DNA of 11,839 bases, taken from assembly GCA_046757665.1 (NCBI GenBank), contig JBHHYO010000080.1, forward strand, positions 1-11,839, in the 5' to 3' direction. Numbering within the stretch: the stretch's first letter is position 1; every line of letters begins with the position of its first letter. Under the pieces are notes generated by a model that saw only the letters and a list, made by a program, of their open reading frames with translations, was not told where the DNA came from and did no database searches. Positions 1 to 6,838 of the stretch are shown here, in pieces. Position numbers and translations under genes: made by a program. The DNA is from Nitrospinales bacterium (GTDB lineage: Bacteria; Nitrospinota; Nitrospinia; Nitrospinales; JAJDAT01).

Positions 1-32
1 TTTTCTCCGCCGCGATGGTGCGCGATAAGGGG

Positions 33-890
33 TTACCCGGTTCCGGGGATGTCTTTGGCTTCGAAGCCGTATTCGTCGTAGGTTTTCCATCCCTGGGCCA
101 GCATTTTTTGCGAGACGTTGGCGAGGAGCGCGGCGGCCGAGTTGTTGGGATCGATTTTCAGGGCTTTTTTCAAAAATTTCTGCGCCCGCCGGACGTCCTC
201 GATTTCGTCGCCGTAGCGGTTCAACTGCCGGGCCTTGTCGATGAGGTCGGAACCCCATTTGTAATAAGTATGGGCGATGTTCAGCGGCGCGTTGCTGGAG
301 ATGTCCTCGTAAATTTCCTCATCCGCTTTCAAAAGCGGCAGGTCCCGGATGGCCGCTTCAAATTCGTCGATGGGCAGTTGATATTCGTGATCGTTGACTT
401 CGGTGATGTTGACCTTGTCGCTGTGCGAGGAGTGCAGGCCGACGGAACTCAGCACCACGTTGGCGGAAGTCCCCTGCATCAACTGATGGTAATACAGGCT
501 ACCCAGGCCAAAATGGATGATGGCGCCGAAACCCTTGTCGTGGTCGTATTTCAAGGCGAGCTGGAACGCCTCGCGGGCCTCGTCGGTGCGCCCCAGTTCG
601 TGCAAGGCTTCGCCCAGGTTGTAATGGTGGACGCAATTTTCCGGGTCCCCGGCGATTTGCTCGCGGAAGACTTCGATCTGCGCTTCCAAGTCGAACTCGA
701 CCTCTTCCCCGGCGGCATTTTCTTCCGCGAGTTCGCCGTTTTCGTCAATGGCGGCGGACTGTTGCGGGTCGTCGGTTCCGCTTGCGGAGTCTTTCTCCGG
801 CGGCGCGCCGGGCTCTTCCGCGCCGTCAGCCTCCGGTTTCCGGGGCTCGGACGGTTCCGCGGAATCCCGATTATTTTCCTTGGCGTTCAT
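33..890 (-). CDS. Tetratricopeptide-repeat (TPR) protein with an acidic, low-complexity N-terminus (285 aa)
   Basis: TPR-like segments DPENCVHHYNLGEALHELGRTDEAREAFQLALKYD, IIHFGLGSLYY and AQKFLKKALKIDPNN. The first ~65 aa are E/D/P/A-rich. ATG at 890 lies inside the last 20 nt of the upstream gene; TAA at 33-35. Confidence 0.85.
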   Translation of the reverse strand: MNAKENNRDSAEPSEPRKPEADGAEEPGAPPEKDSASGTDDPQQSAAIDENGELAEENAAGEEVEFDLEAQIEVFREQIAGDPENCVHHYNLGEALHELGRTDEAREAFQLALKYDHDKGFGAIIHFGLGSLYYHQLMQGTSANVVLSSVGLHSSHSDKVNITEVNDHEYQLPIDEFEAAIRDLPLLKADEEIYEDISSNAPLNIAHTYYKWGSDLIDKARQLNRYGDEIEDVRRAQKFLKKALKIDPNNSAAALLANVSQKMLAQGWKTYDEYGFEAKDIPGTG

Positions 891-1440
891 CTTGTTTTTT
901 GACGTTGCGAACCGGCCAGGTCATGGTCAGGGAAAATTGCGAGGCCTGCGAGCCGCTCTTGAGACTGGGATAGGCCTGGCCGCGGATAAAATTAAACCCG
1001 TAAGCGAATTTTTTCTTGTACTCCTCGCTGGTCCAAAAACAACACCCGGTGTTGCCGAAAATGGGGTCGAGGTGGACGATATTGGTCGTCCAGTAATATT
1101 TCCATTCCACGCTCTTGGTTTCGTCGTACAGGGAGCGCAGTTCCTTGCGTGTGGGAAACCGCCAGTCATCGTAGCCGGCGAAGCGTTTTTTGTTGAGCTT
1201 GTCGATATATCTTCGGCCCTGTTCCCAGTTGAGCCATTCTTTCAGTTCCTGGTAGGAGTTCTTTTTTTTCCAAATCAGGCCCTCTTGCAAGTCGGTGATG
1301 GTGCCGTCCCGGTTGTCGATAAAGCGGGGAGCGGGGTTTTGCGGCAACGTGCCCGCGCCCAGCGGCGGGGGACAGGACAGCGTCAACCCGCCCGCAACGA
1401 CAAAAAAACAGAGCAACCGCAACCAGCATACGCGCATCAT
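871..1440 (-). CDS. Secreted DUF1566 / Lcl C-terminal domain protein (~189 aa)
   Basis: Family hallmarks RFIDNRDGTITDLQEGLIW, FAGYDDWRFPTRKELRSL and FWTS. Start reassigned from 1548 to ATG at 1440 (or 1437), which overlaps the upstream TGA (TGATG) and exposes a hydrophobic signal peptide MMRVCWLRLLCFFVVAGGLTLSCPPPLGA. Confidence 0.85.
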   Translation of the reverse strand: MMRVCWLRLLCFFVVAGGLTLSCPPPLGAGTLPQNPAPRFIDNRDGTITDLQEGLIWKKKNSYQELKEWLNWEQGRRYIDKLNKKRFAGYDDWRFPTRKELRSLYDETKSVEWKYYWTTNIVHLDPIFGNTGCCFWTSEEYKKKFAYGFNFIRGQAYPSLKSGSQASQFSLTMTWPVRNVKKQDERQGK

Positions 1441-2423
1441 CAACCTTCTTCCAGGGGTGTCCAGTCGGGTTCCCAGGTGAGGCAGATGCCGCCCGGGTTC
1501 TTCATTTGCCCGGGCTCCCTGCCAATGCTTCCCCACTTGCCGACGCAATTGAACTGCGGATCGAATTTTTGAATTCGATGGTTCAAGGTATCCACCACAA
1601 AAAGGAATCCGTAAGGGTCCCGAGCCAGGTCCATGGGGCAGTTGAATTGTCCCTCGCGTTTTCCCAATACGCCGAAACTTGCGATGAAGCGGCCTTCCCG
1701 GTCGAAGGTTTGCAGACGGTTCTGGCTTTTTTCGGCCACCAGGAGAGTGCCGTCCCCTTGCACGGTCAGGGCATTGGGAAAATTCAACAGACCTTCTTCA
1801 AATCCGTGTTCGCCGAATTTGGAGAGGAACTGGCCGTCCTCGTTGAAAATCTGAATCCGCTGGTTGTCGCGGTCGGCGACATAAACGTTGCCTTCTTTAT
1901 CCAGGTCCGCGCCGGTGGGGAACTTGAGGAACCCGTCGAAATTTCCCGCAAACCCGAAGCTCAGCAAAAATTCGCCCTCGTCGTCATACCGTTTCAGGCA
2001 GTGATTGGCGGTATCGACCACGAGGATGGTGCCGGTGGGTTCGGCGAGGATGTCTTCGGGCCAGTAAAATTTATCCTGCCCCCACCCTTCCGAGCCAAAG
2101 GCCAACAGCGGGTTTCCCCGCGGATCGAATTTTTGTACCCGATGGCAACCGGTGTCGGCCACCCAGATGTTGCCTTCGGCGTCCACGGCGACGCCGGTCG
2201 GTGTTTTAAATTCTCCCGGATTGTAGGGCGGCCGGGCGCCGGCGGATTTGCCGAACTGCATGAGCAGTCGGCCGTTGCCGTCGAACTTCTGGATGCGGTC
2301 GTTGCCGGAGTCGGCAACCCAGACGTAGAGCCTGGAATGATCGACCTCCAGTTGTTCCGGTAAGGTTTCGACTTCCTGGTCGGTCGCCGCAAGAGCTTGT
2401 GTGTCCGGTGGTGTTTCCGTCAT
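1440..2423 (-). CDS. NHL-repeat six-bladed beta-propeller protein (327 aa)
   Basis: Six repeats of the NHL pattern F/L-x-x-P-x-G/D...D-x-x-G-x-I/V-W/Y-V-A-D-x-x-N-x-R-I-Q-x-F (e.g. FKTPTGVAVDAEGNIWVADTGCHRVQKFD, LKFPTGADLDKEGNVYVADRDNQRIQIFN). No signal peptide. Confidence 0.93.
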   Translation of the reverse strand: MTETPPDTQALAATDQEVETLPEQLEVDHSRLYVWVADSGNDRIQKFDGNGRLLMQFGKSAGARPPYNPGEFKTPTGVAVDAEGNIWVADTGCHRVQKFDPRGNPLLAFGSEGWGQDKFYWPEDILAEPTGTILVVDTANHCLKRYDDEGEFLLSFGFAGNFDGFLKFPTGADLDKEGNVYVADRDNQRIQIFNEDGQFLSKFGEHGFEEGLLNFPNALTVQGDGTLLVAEKSQNRLQTFDREGRFIASFGVLGKREGQFNCPMDLARDPYGFLFVVDTLNHRIQKFDPQFNCVGKWGSIGREPGQMKNPGGICLTWEPDWTPLEEG

Positions 2424-2530
2424 ATTTGGTTTCCGGTTGTGCCGGCAGTGCGGATGGCCCCGGCTTCCGCCGGCGTTTTCCCCGCCCGGTCTTTAATGTC
2501 TGGAGGAAAAGGGGTTGTGGAAAGAAGGGG

Positions 2531-2562
2531 GCGCCTGTCTTCCCGCGTCCCGGGAAGTGCGC
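2531..2562 (-). terminator. GC-rich hairpin just after the stop of the 209-aa gene; weak terminator or mRNA-stabilising stem
   Basis: 7-bp perfect stem CTTCCCG (2539-2545) / CGGGAAG (2551-2557), extendable by outer GCGC pairs. The following tract on the minus strand (CCCCTTCTTTCC) is only a poor U-tract. Confidence 0.3.
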
Positions 2563-2564
2563 GC

Positions 2565-3194
2565 TTATTGCACTATGAAGCCTTTGACGTCGAGTATCTG
2601 GTATTCCTTGTCGCACACTTTTTGGAATTCGTTCAACCGTTCGTTCCAGTTTTCCTTGAAAACGTTCAGGTTGTCCATTTTGGGTTTTTTCTTCATGAGC
2701 TTGACTTCCTTGAAAAGCGGCTTGACCAGGTTTTTGCTGACCTGCTGAATGACGTTGCGCAACTTGATGACGCATTCCTTGACCACCAGCTCGCGGGTCA
2801 CTCCGTCCACTTTTTCGAGCAACCGCAGGAAGGTCTGTATGGTATTGAACTGCGTCACATAGGATTCCACCAGGCGATGATCGTGTTTCAGGCCGCAGTC
2901 GATGTACGCCGGCATCAGGAACATGCCCAGATGATGGTCGAATTTTACGGACAGGGTGATGAGTTTCCCCAGGTAGTCGGCTTCCCGCGCGTCTTCGTCT
3001 TCTTCTTCACCTTCTTCCAGTTCCTGGGCGGCCTTGATTTTTTCCTTTTCCAGTTCCTTCTTGATTTTTTCCAGCTCGCTCAAATCGGCAATGTCGCCGC
3101 CGGCATCGCCGCCGCGCAATCCCAGCCCTTCTTCCTGGTTTGCGGCGTCGTCCGACTCCTGCTCTTTTGTGGTTTCTGTGTCCTTATCGCTCAC
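2565..3194 (-). CDS. Hypothetical protein: very acidic N-terminal third plus a predicted helical C-terminal domain (209 aa)
   Basis: GTG start at 3194 preceded by AGGAG; protein-like composition; sits directly downstream of a near-consensus promoter. No family recognised. Confidence 0.8.
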   Translation of the reverse strand: MSDKDTETTKEQESDDAANQEEGLGLRGGDAGGDIADLSELEKIKKELEKEKIKAAQELEEGEEEDEDAREADYLGKLITLSVKFDHHLGMFLMPAYIDCGLKHDHRLVESYVTQFNTIQTFLRLLEKVDGVTRELVVKECVIKLRNVIQQVSKNLVKPLFKEVKLMKKKPKMDNLNVFKENWNERLNEFQKVCDKEYQILDVKGFIVQ

Positions 3195-3280
3195 GGTGCG
3201 TTCTCCTGAAAAACAATAGGGTTCGAGGAAATAATCCGTTAAAATCCATAGGTTTCTTCTTATTTTCCGGGGTACAACCG

Positions 3281-3309
3281 AGTATAGGCCTTCGCGAAAA
3301 TGGTGTCAA
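3281..3309 (-). promoter_or_regulatory. Sigma70-type promoter for the leftward four-gene cluster
   Basis: The minus strand reads TTGACA (3309-3304), a 17-bp spacer, then TATACT (3286-3281). Confidence 0.8.
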
Positions 3310-3340
3310 GGATTTCTCAAAACCGCAGTTTCCGAAAATG

Positions 3341-3374
3341 TGTCATAATCAATTGAACAACGCAACGAAAGGAA
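3341..3374 (+). promoter_or_regulatory. Possible extended -10 promoter and ribosome-binding site of the KamA-like gene
   Basis: TGtCATAAT at 3341-3349 (TGn plus a -10-like hexamer), no clear -35. AAAGGA at 3368-3373 lies ahead of ATG 3384. Confidence 0.35.
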
Positions 3375-3383
3375 TTGTAAGCC

Positions 3384-5627
3384 ATGCCGGAAACCGCAAC
3401 CAAAACCAAACTGCCCCGCAGAAGGTATGACGACGTTGTCGCCGAGGCGCGTGAGCTGGATAAAATCGGCATCAGCGTCAAGGCCCACGGGTTGCTCAAG
3501 CAACTGCTCAAGGAGAACGTCAAGCTGGACGGCATCATGCGCGACTCCAGCAACGAGGTGGAAGCGCTGGTCGGCGTGAAAAACTGGATTGAGGGTCTTC
3601 TGGAAAACAGCCCCGAGGCGTTGAATTATTATAAAAACGAACGGCAGGGCCGCAAGGCTTTCGAAAGTTTAAAATGGCGCGACTATGCGGCCATCCGCCT
3701 GCTGGACTACATCAAAAACGCGGGCCGCGAGTTTGAGGATTTGAATTTGCGCGGCGAGCTGGCCATCAGCAATCCCTTGAAGATGATCTGGCTGGCCGTG
3801 CACCGGGGAACGGGCGGCGCCAAGCCGGAGTTCTTCGAGGATATGATTCATCTGTTCCGGCAGTTGAGCGGCGCCGACGAACGCCAGCCGCCCTCCAGGG
3901 CTCAGGTGGAGGAATGGATGAAGCGCTGGCCCTCCGGCCTGGACCCGCGCATCATTCAACTACGGCAGGAAAACAAGGAGCGCATCCTCAACGTCATCAT
4001 CGACCGCATGGACCGGAAAGAAATCTCCAGCGTCAGCTTCAAGTTTGAGCCGGGCCTGTCGCGGGAACAGAAATACCTGCAAGCCCTCGAATGGTGGAAC
4101 GATTCCCACTTTCATCTGAGCTTCGCCGTGCGCTCGCCCGACCTGCTTAATGAAATGCTCGGCCACTCCCTCGACCCCGACACGATGAAAATGCTGTACC
4201 GCGCCGAAAAGGCGGGCATCCCCTTCTTCGTGAATCCCTATTACCTGTCATTACTGCACGTGCGGGTGCCCTATTTCGCCATCGGCGCCGACCTGGCCAT
4301 CCGCGATTACGTCATCTACAGCAAACAACTGATCAACGAGTTCGGACACATCGTCGCCTGGGAGAAGGAGGACAAGGTGGAGCCCGGCAAGCCCAACGCC
4401 GCGGGCTGGCTTTTGCCGACCCACAACAACGTGCACCGGCGCTACCCCGAAGTCGCCATCCTGATTCCGGATACGGTGGGGCGGGCGTGCGGCGGGCTGT
4501 GCCAGTCCTGCCAGCGCATGTACGATTTCCAGAGCGGACACCTCAACTTCAACCTCGAACAATTGCAACCAAAAGAAACCTGGCCGGAAAAACTGAAACG
4601 GTTGATGGACTATTTTGAAAACGACTCGCAACTGCGCGACATCCTGATCACCGGCGGCGACGCCCTGATGAGTTCGGACCATTCGTTGAAGGAAGTTCTG
4701 GACGCCATTTATCAGATGGCCGTGCGCAAAATCGAGGCGAACCGGTCGCGGAAAGACGGCGAGAAGTACGCCGAGCTGGTGCGCGTCCGCCTGGGCACGC
4801 GCCTGCCCGTGTACATTCCCCAGAGGATCACCGACGCCCTGGTCAAGATACTCACGGAGTTCAAGATTCGCGCCTCGAAAATCGGCGTCAAACAGTTCCT
4901 GGTGCAGACCCATTTTGAATCGCCGATGGAAGTGACGCCGGAGGCGCGCGACGGCATCCGCAAACTCATTTCCGCCGGCTGGACCATTACCAACCAGCAT
5001 GTGCTGACGACGGCCTCGTCGCGCAGAGGACATACGGCAAAACTCCGGCAGGTATTGAACGAGGTCGGCGTTTTGGGTTATTACACCTTTTCCGTGAAAG
5101 GCTACATGGAGAACCAGCACAACTTCGCCACCAACGCCCGCGCCGTTCAGGAACAGATGGAGGAGAAAGTGTTCGGCGTCGTCCCGGAAAAATACCATGC
5201 GCGAATCCGCCGGTTTCCGCTCGAGGCCGAACACATGGTGGAGAACATCCGCGAAGTTATGCAAGCGGCCGACCTGCCGTTTCTGGCGACGGACCGGAAC
5301 ATCCTGAACCTGCCCGGCGTCGGCAAGAGCCTGACCTTCCGCGTCATCGGCATCACGCGCTACGGGCGGCGCATCCTCGAGTTCGACCACGACCCCACCC
5401 GCGCCCACAGCCCGATCATCCACAAAATGGGCAAGGTGGTCATCATCGAATCCAAGCCGATCAGCGAGTACCTGCGGCACCTGGCCGAGATGGGCGAGGA
5501 CGTATCCGAGTACGAAAGCATCTGGGGCTACTCCATGGGCGCCACCGAACCGCGAATGCCCCTGTATGAATACCCCGAATACGATTTTAAGGTTACGGAA
5601 GAGCTGACCAACCTGCAAATCGCGTGA
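3384..5627 (+). CDS. Long-form KamA family (lysine 2,3-aminomutase-like) radical SAM / PLP enzyme (747 aa)
   Basis: CxxxCxxC motif CGGLCQSCQR (4488-4511, starting at residue 369) preceded by HRRYPE. Also DILITGGD, RLGTRLPVYIPQRIT, QTHFE and NQHVL. LPGVGK (Lys codon 5325-5327) resembles the PGGGGK PLP-lysine motif of aminomutases. Confidence 0.88.
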   Translation: MPETATKTKLPRRRYDDVVAEARELDKIGISVKAHGLLKQLLKENVKLDGIMRDSSNEVEALVGVKNWIEGLLENSPEALNYYKNERQGRKAFESLKWRDYAAIRLLDYIKNAGREFEDLNLRGELAISNPLKMIWLAVHRGTGGAKPEFFEDMIHLFRQLSGADERQPPSRAQVEEWMKRWPSGLDPRIIQLRQENKERILNVIIDRMDRKEISSVSFKFEPGLSREQKYLQALEWWNDSHFHLSFAVRSPDLLNEMLGHSLDPDTMKMLYRAEKAGIPFFVNPYYLSLLHVRVPYFAIGADLAIRDYVIYSKQLINEFGHIVAWEKEDKVEPGKPNAAGWLLPTHNNVHRRYPEVAILIPDTVGRACGGLCQSCQRMYDFQSGHLNFNLEQLQPKETWPEKLKRLMDYFENDSQLRDILITGGDALMSSDHSLKEVLDAIYQMAVRKIEANRSRKDGEKYAELVRVRLGTRLPVYIPQRITDALVKILTEFKIRASKIGVKQFLVQTHFESPMEVTPEARDGIRKLISAGWTITNQHVLTTASSRRGHTAKLRQVLNEVGVLGYYTFSVKGYMENQHNFATNARAVQEQMEEKVFGVVPEKYHARIRRFPLEAEHMVENIREVMQAADLPFLATDRNILNLPGVGKSLTFRVIGITRYGRRILEFDHDPTRAHSPIIHKMGKVVIIESKPISEYLRHLAEMGEDVSEYESIWGYSMGATEPRMPLYEYPEYDFKVTEELTNLQIA

Positions 5628-5693
5628 TTGCTTGTCGCGGCGTTTGCTTGCGGTCAGCGGAGACGGGGGGGGGCCGCCGTCAAGTGAAGGCGA

Positions 5694-6296
5694 TTATCTC
5701 GAATTTAACCAGTTTCCGATGCGGAGTTCCGCGCAACGTTCGGAAACTTTAAATTTTCTGGAAATGGGCTTTGCCAAATATGGAGCCAGAGTTCGATCAT
5801 CTGGCAAGGCGTCACGGAAATTCTCATTTTTGGCCAGTTCGGATTTAGACTCTTGATATTCCTTTGCCAGACTGTCGGTAGGCAGTAGCAAAAACGCGGC
5901 GAACATATTAGCTTGAGTTTCGAGGGGGTCGCGCCTGATATCCCTTATGACAAAATTCCGCCATTCATCAAGGTCTGTAAACGTGGCCTGTTCTTCTATG
6001 AACGGTCTGTGCAGAAAATAATGTCCCACCTCATGGGCCAAGGTGAACCGGGCTCTATTTTCACTTTCAGTAAATTGCGTATGATCAATGTATATTTCCT
6101 TGAAGTCAGAAGTTGAGAAAGCATCGATGCCATGGTTCCTGAGCAGACCGGGGGAAGGCACCACTTTGATTTTTAATTTTATTTCTACAATTTCATCAAT
6201 AGGGATCGGGATAGCCCCATCCGGATGATGTTCTTTTAAAAACCGAATAGCCGCTTTTTCAATTTCCTTTTGCGGAATAAAATCCGAAGTCACCAC
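5694..6296 (-). CDS. ImmA/IrrE family zinc metallo-endopeptidase (200 aa)
   Basis: RARFTLAHEVGHYFLH (HExxH), downstream ETQANMFAAFLLLP, N-terminal IPIPIDEIVE. GTG start at 6296 or 6293; the latter gives a GTGA overlap with the upstream stop. Confidence 0.93.
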   Translation of the reverse strand: MVTSDFIPQKEIEKAAIRFLKEHHPDGAIPIPIDEIVEIKLKIKVVPSPGLLRNHGIDAFSTSDFKEIYIDHTQFTESENRARFTLAHEVGHYFLHRPFIEEQATFTDLDEWRNFVIRDIRRDPLETQANMFAAFLLLPTDSLAKEYQESKSELAKNENFRDALPDDRTLAPYLAKPISRKFKVSERCAELRIGNWLNSR

Positions 6297-6670
6297 TTCT
6301 CTCGAATATCCTTTATCAGATCATCAAGTTTGCCCTCATCCAACCCCTTGTTGTCCAATGTCCTTAAAAAGATAGGGAGTTTTTCGAGTATCCTCTCATC
6401 CTTGACATTTTCAATCCCATAGGATTTGTTGGATACTGCCGCCAAAGTAAAAAACAGATCAAAATTTTCTTCGCCTTCTTTCAATCCTAGGGAATTTGCA
6501 AAAAACTTCAACTTCTCGTGGGACTTGGGCGCTTTTACTTTCCCTCTCTCCAGCCTAGAGATATATGCCGGGTCTTCCTCGATTTTTTCGGCAAATTTTC
6601 GTAAAGTAAGCCCCTTTTCGACTCGAAGAGAATTAAAATACTCACCGAATGTCATCTTTTTGCCCCCCAT
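6290..6670 (-). CDS. XRE/Cro-CI family helix-turn-helix transcriptional regulator (126 aa, or 121 aa from ATG 6655)
   Basis: FGEYFNSLRVEKGLTLRKFAEKIEEDPAYISRLERGKVKAP is a typical XRE HTH. Its stop overlaps the peptidase start. Confidence 0.92.
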   Translation of the reverse strand: MGGKKMTFGEYFNSLRVEKGLTLRKFAEKIEEDPAYISRLERGKVKAPKSHEKLKFFANSLGLKEGEENFDLFFTLAAVSNKSYGIENVKDERILEKLPIFLRTLDNKGLDEGKLDDLIKDIREKW

Positions 6671-6675
6671 GCTAC

Positions 6676-6705
6676 ATTCTATTATTTGTTGTATTCATTG
6701 TACAA
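6676..6705 (-). promoter_or_regulatory. Putative promoter of the XRE-peptidase pair
   Basis: Minus strand TTGTAC (6705-6700), 18-bp spacer, TAGAAT (6681-6676). The -10 ends 5 nt before ATG 6670. Confidence 0.5.
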
Positions 6706-6728
6706 CATGTTGTGTTGGTTGTACAACA
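6687..6728. promoter_or_regulatory. Two abutting 21-bp palindromic operator-like units, TGTTGTR-N7-TACAACA
   Basis: 6687-6707 TGTTGTAttcattgTACAACA and 6708-6728 TGTTGTGttggttgTACAACA. They are identical at 18 of 21 positions and the first overlaps the putative -35. Confidence 0.8.
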
Positions 6729-6838
6729 TGAAATTTAAAAAGAAAGGGGGGCAAGAAAGAGGTCAAACCTCCACTTGGCTACAAGTTGGCGCGAGGTGGT
6801 TTATCACCTTTTTCGTATTTCGACGCTCCCCTTTTGGG

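Larger units (their letters stand above)
5690..6760. other. Low-GC islet, probably horizontally acquired
   Basis: Hand counts of 60-nt lines: 22/60 GC at 6361 and 6421, 23/60 at 6181, 29/60 at 6121, against 41/60 at 10201 in mnmG. Boundaries are approximate. Confidence 0.7.

Noticed and set aside
1372..1440. Lipoprotein lipobox in the DUF1566 protein (LTLSC)
   Set aside because: T-L-S-C fits the [LVI][ASTVI][GAS]C consensus poorly. Ordinary signal peptidase I cleavage near LGA is at least as likely.
1441..1548. N-terminal 36 codons of the 871..1548 ORF call
   Set aside because: They overlap the NHL gene. Starting at 1440 gives a stop-start overlap and a proper signal peptide.
15..5618. Long antisense ORFs (15..902, 748..1572, 1506..2363, 2397..3209, 4251..5618)
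   Set aside because: They are shadows of well-supported genes on the opposite strand and carry no recognisable motifs. The same applies to 7912..8544 and 9688..10986.
3384..5627. Assigning the symbol kamA, epmB or ablA
   Set aside because: Length and gene context do not match any of them, and the substrate cannot be inferred from the sequence.
5662..5681. GACGG...CCGTC hairpin with a G9 run between the convergent KamA-like and peptidase genes, as a terminator or phase-variable tract
   Set aside because: The stem is short, there is no U-tract on either strand, and the G-run is outside any gene or promoter.
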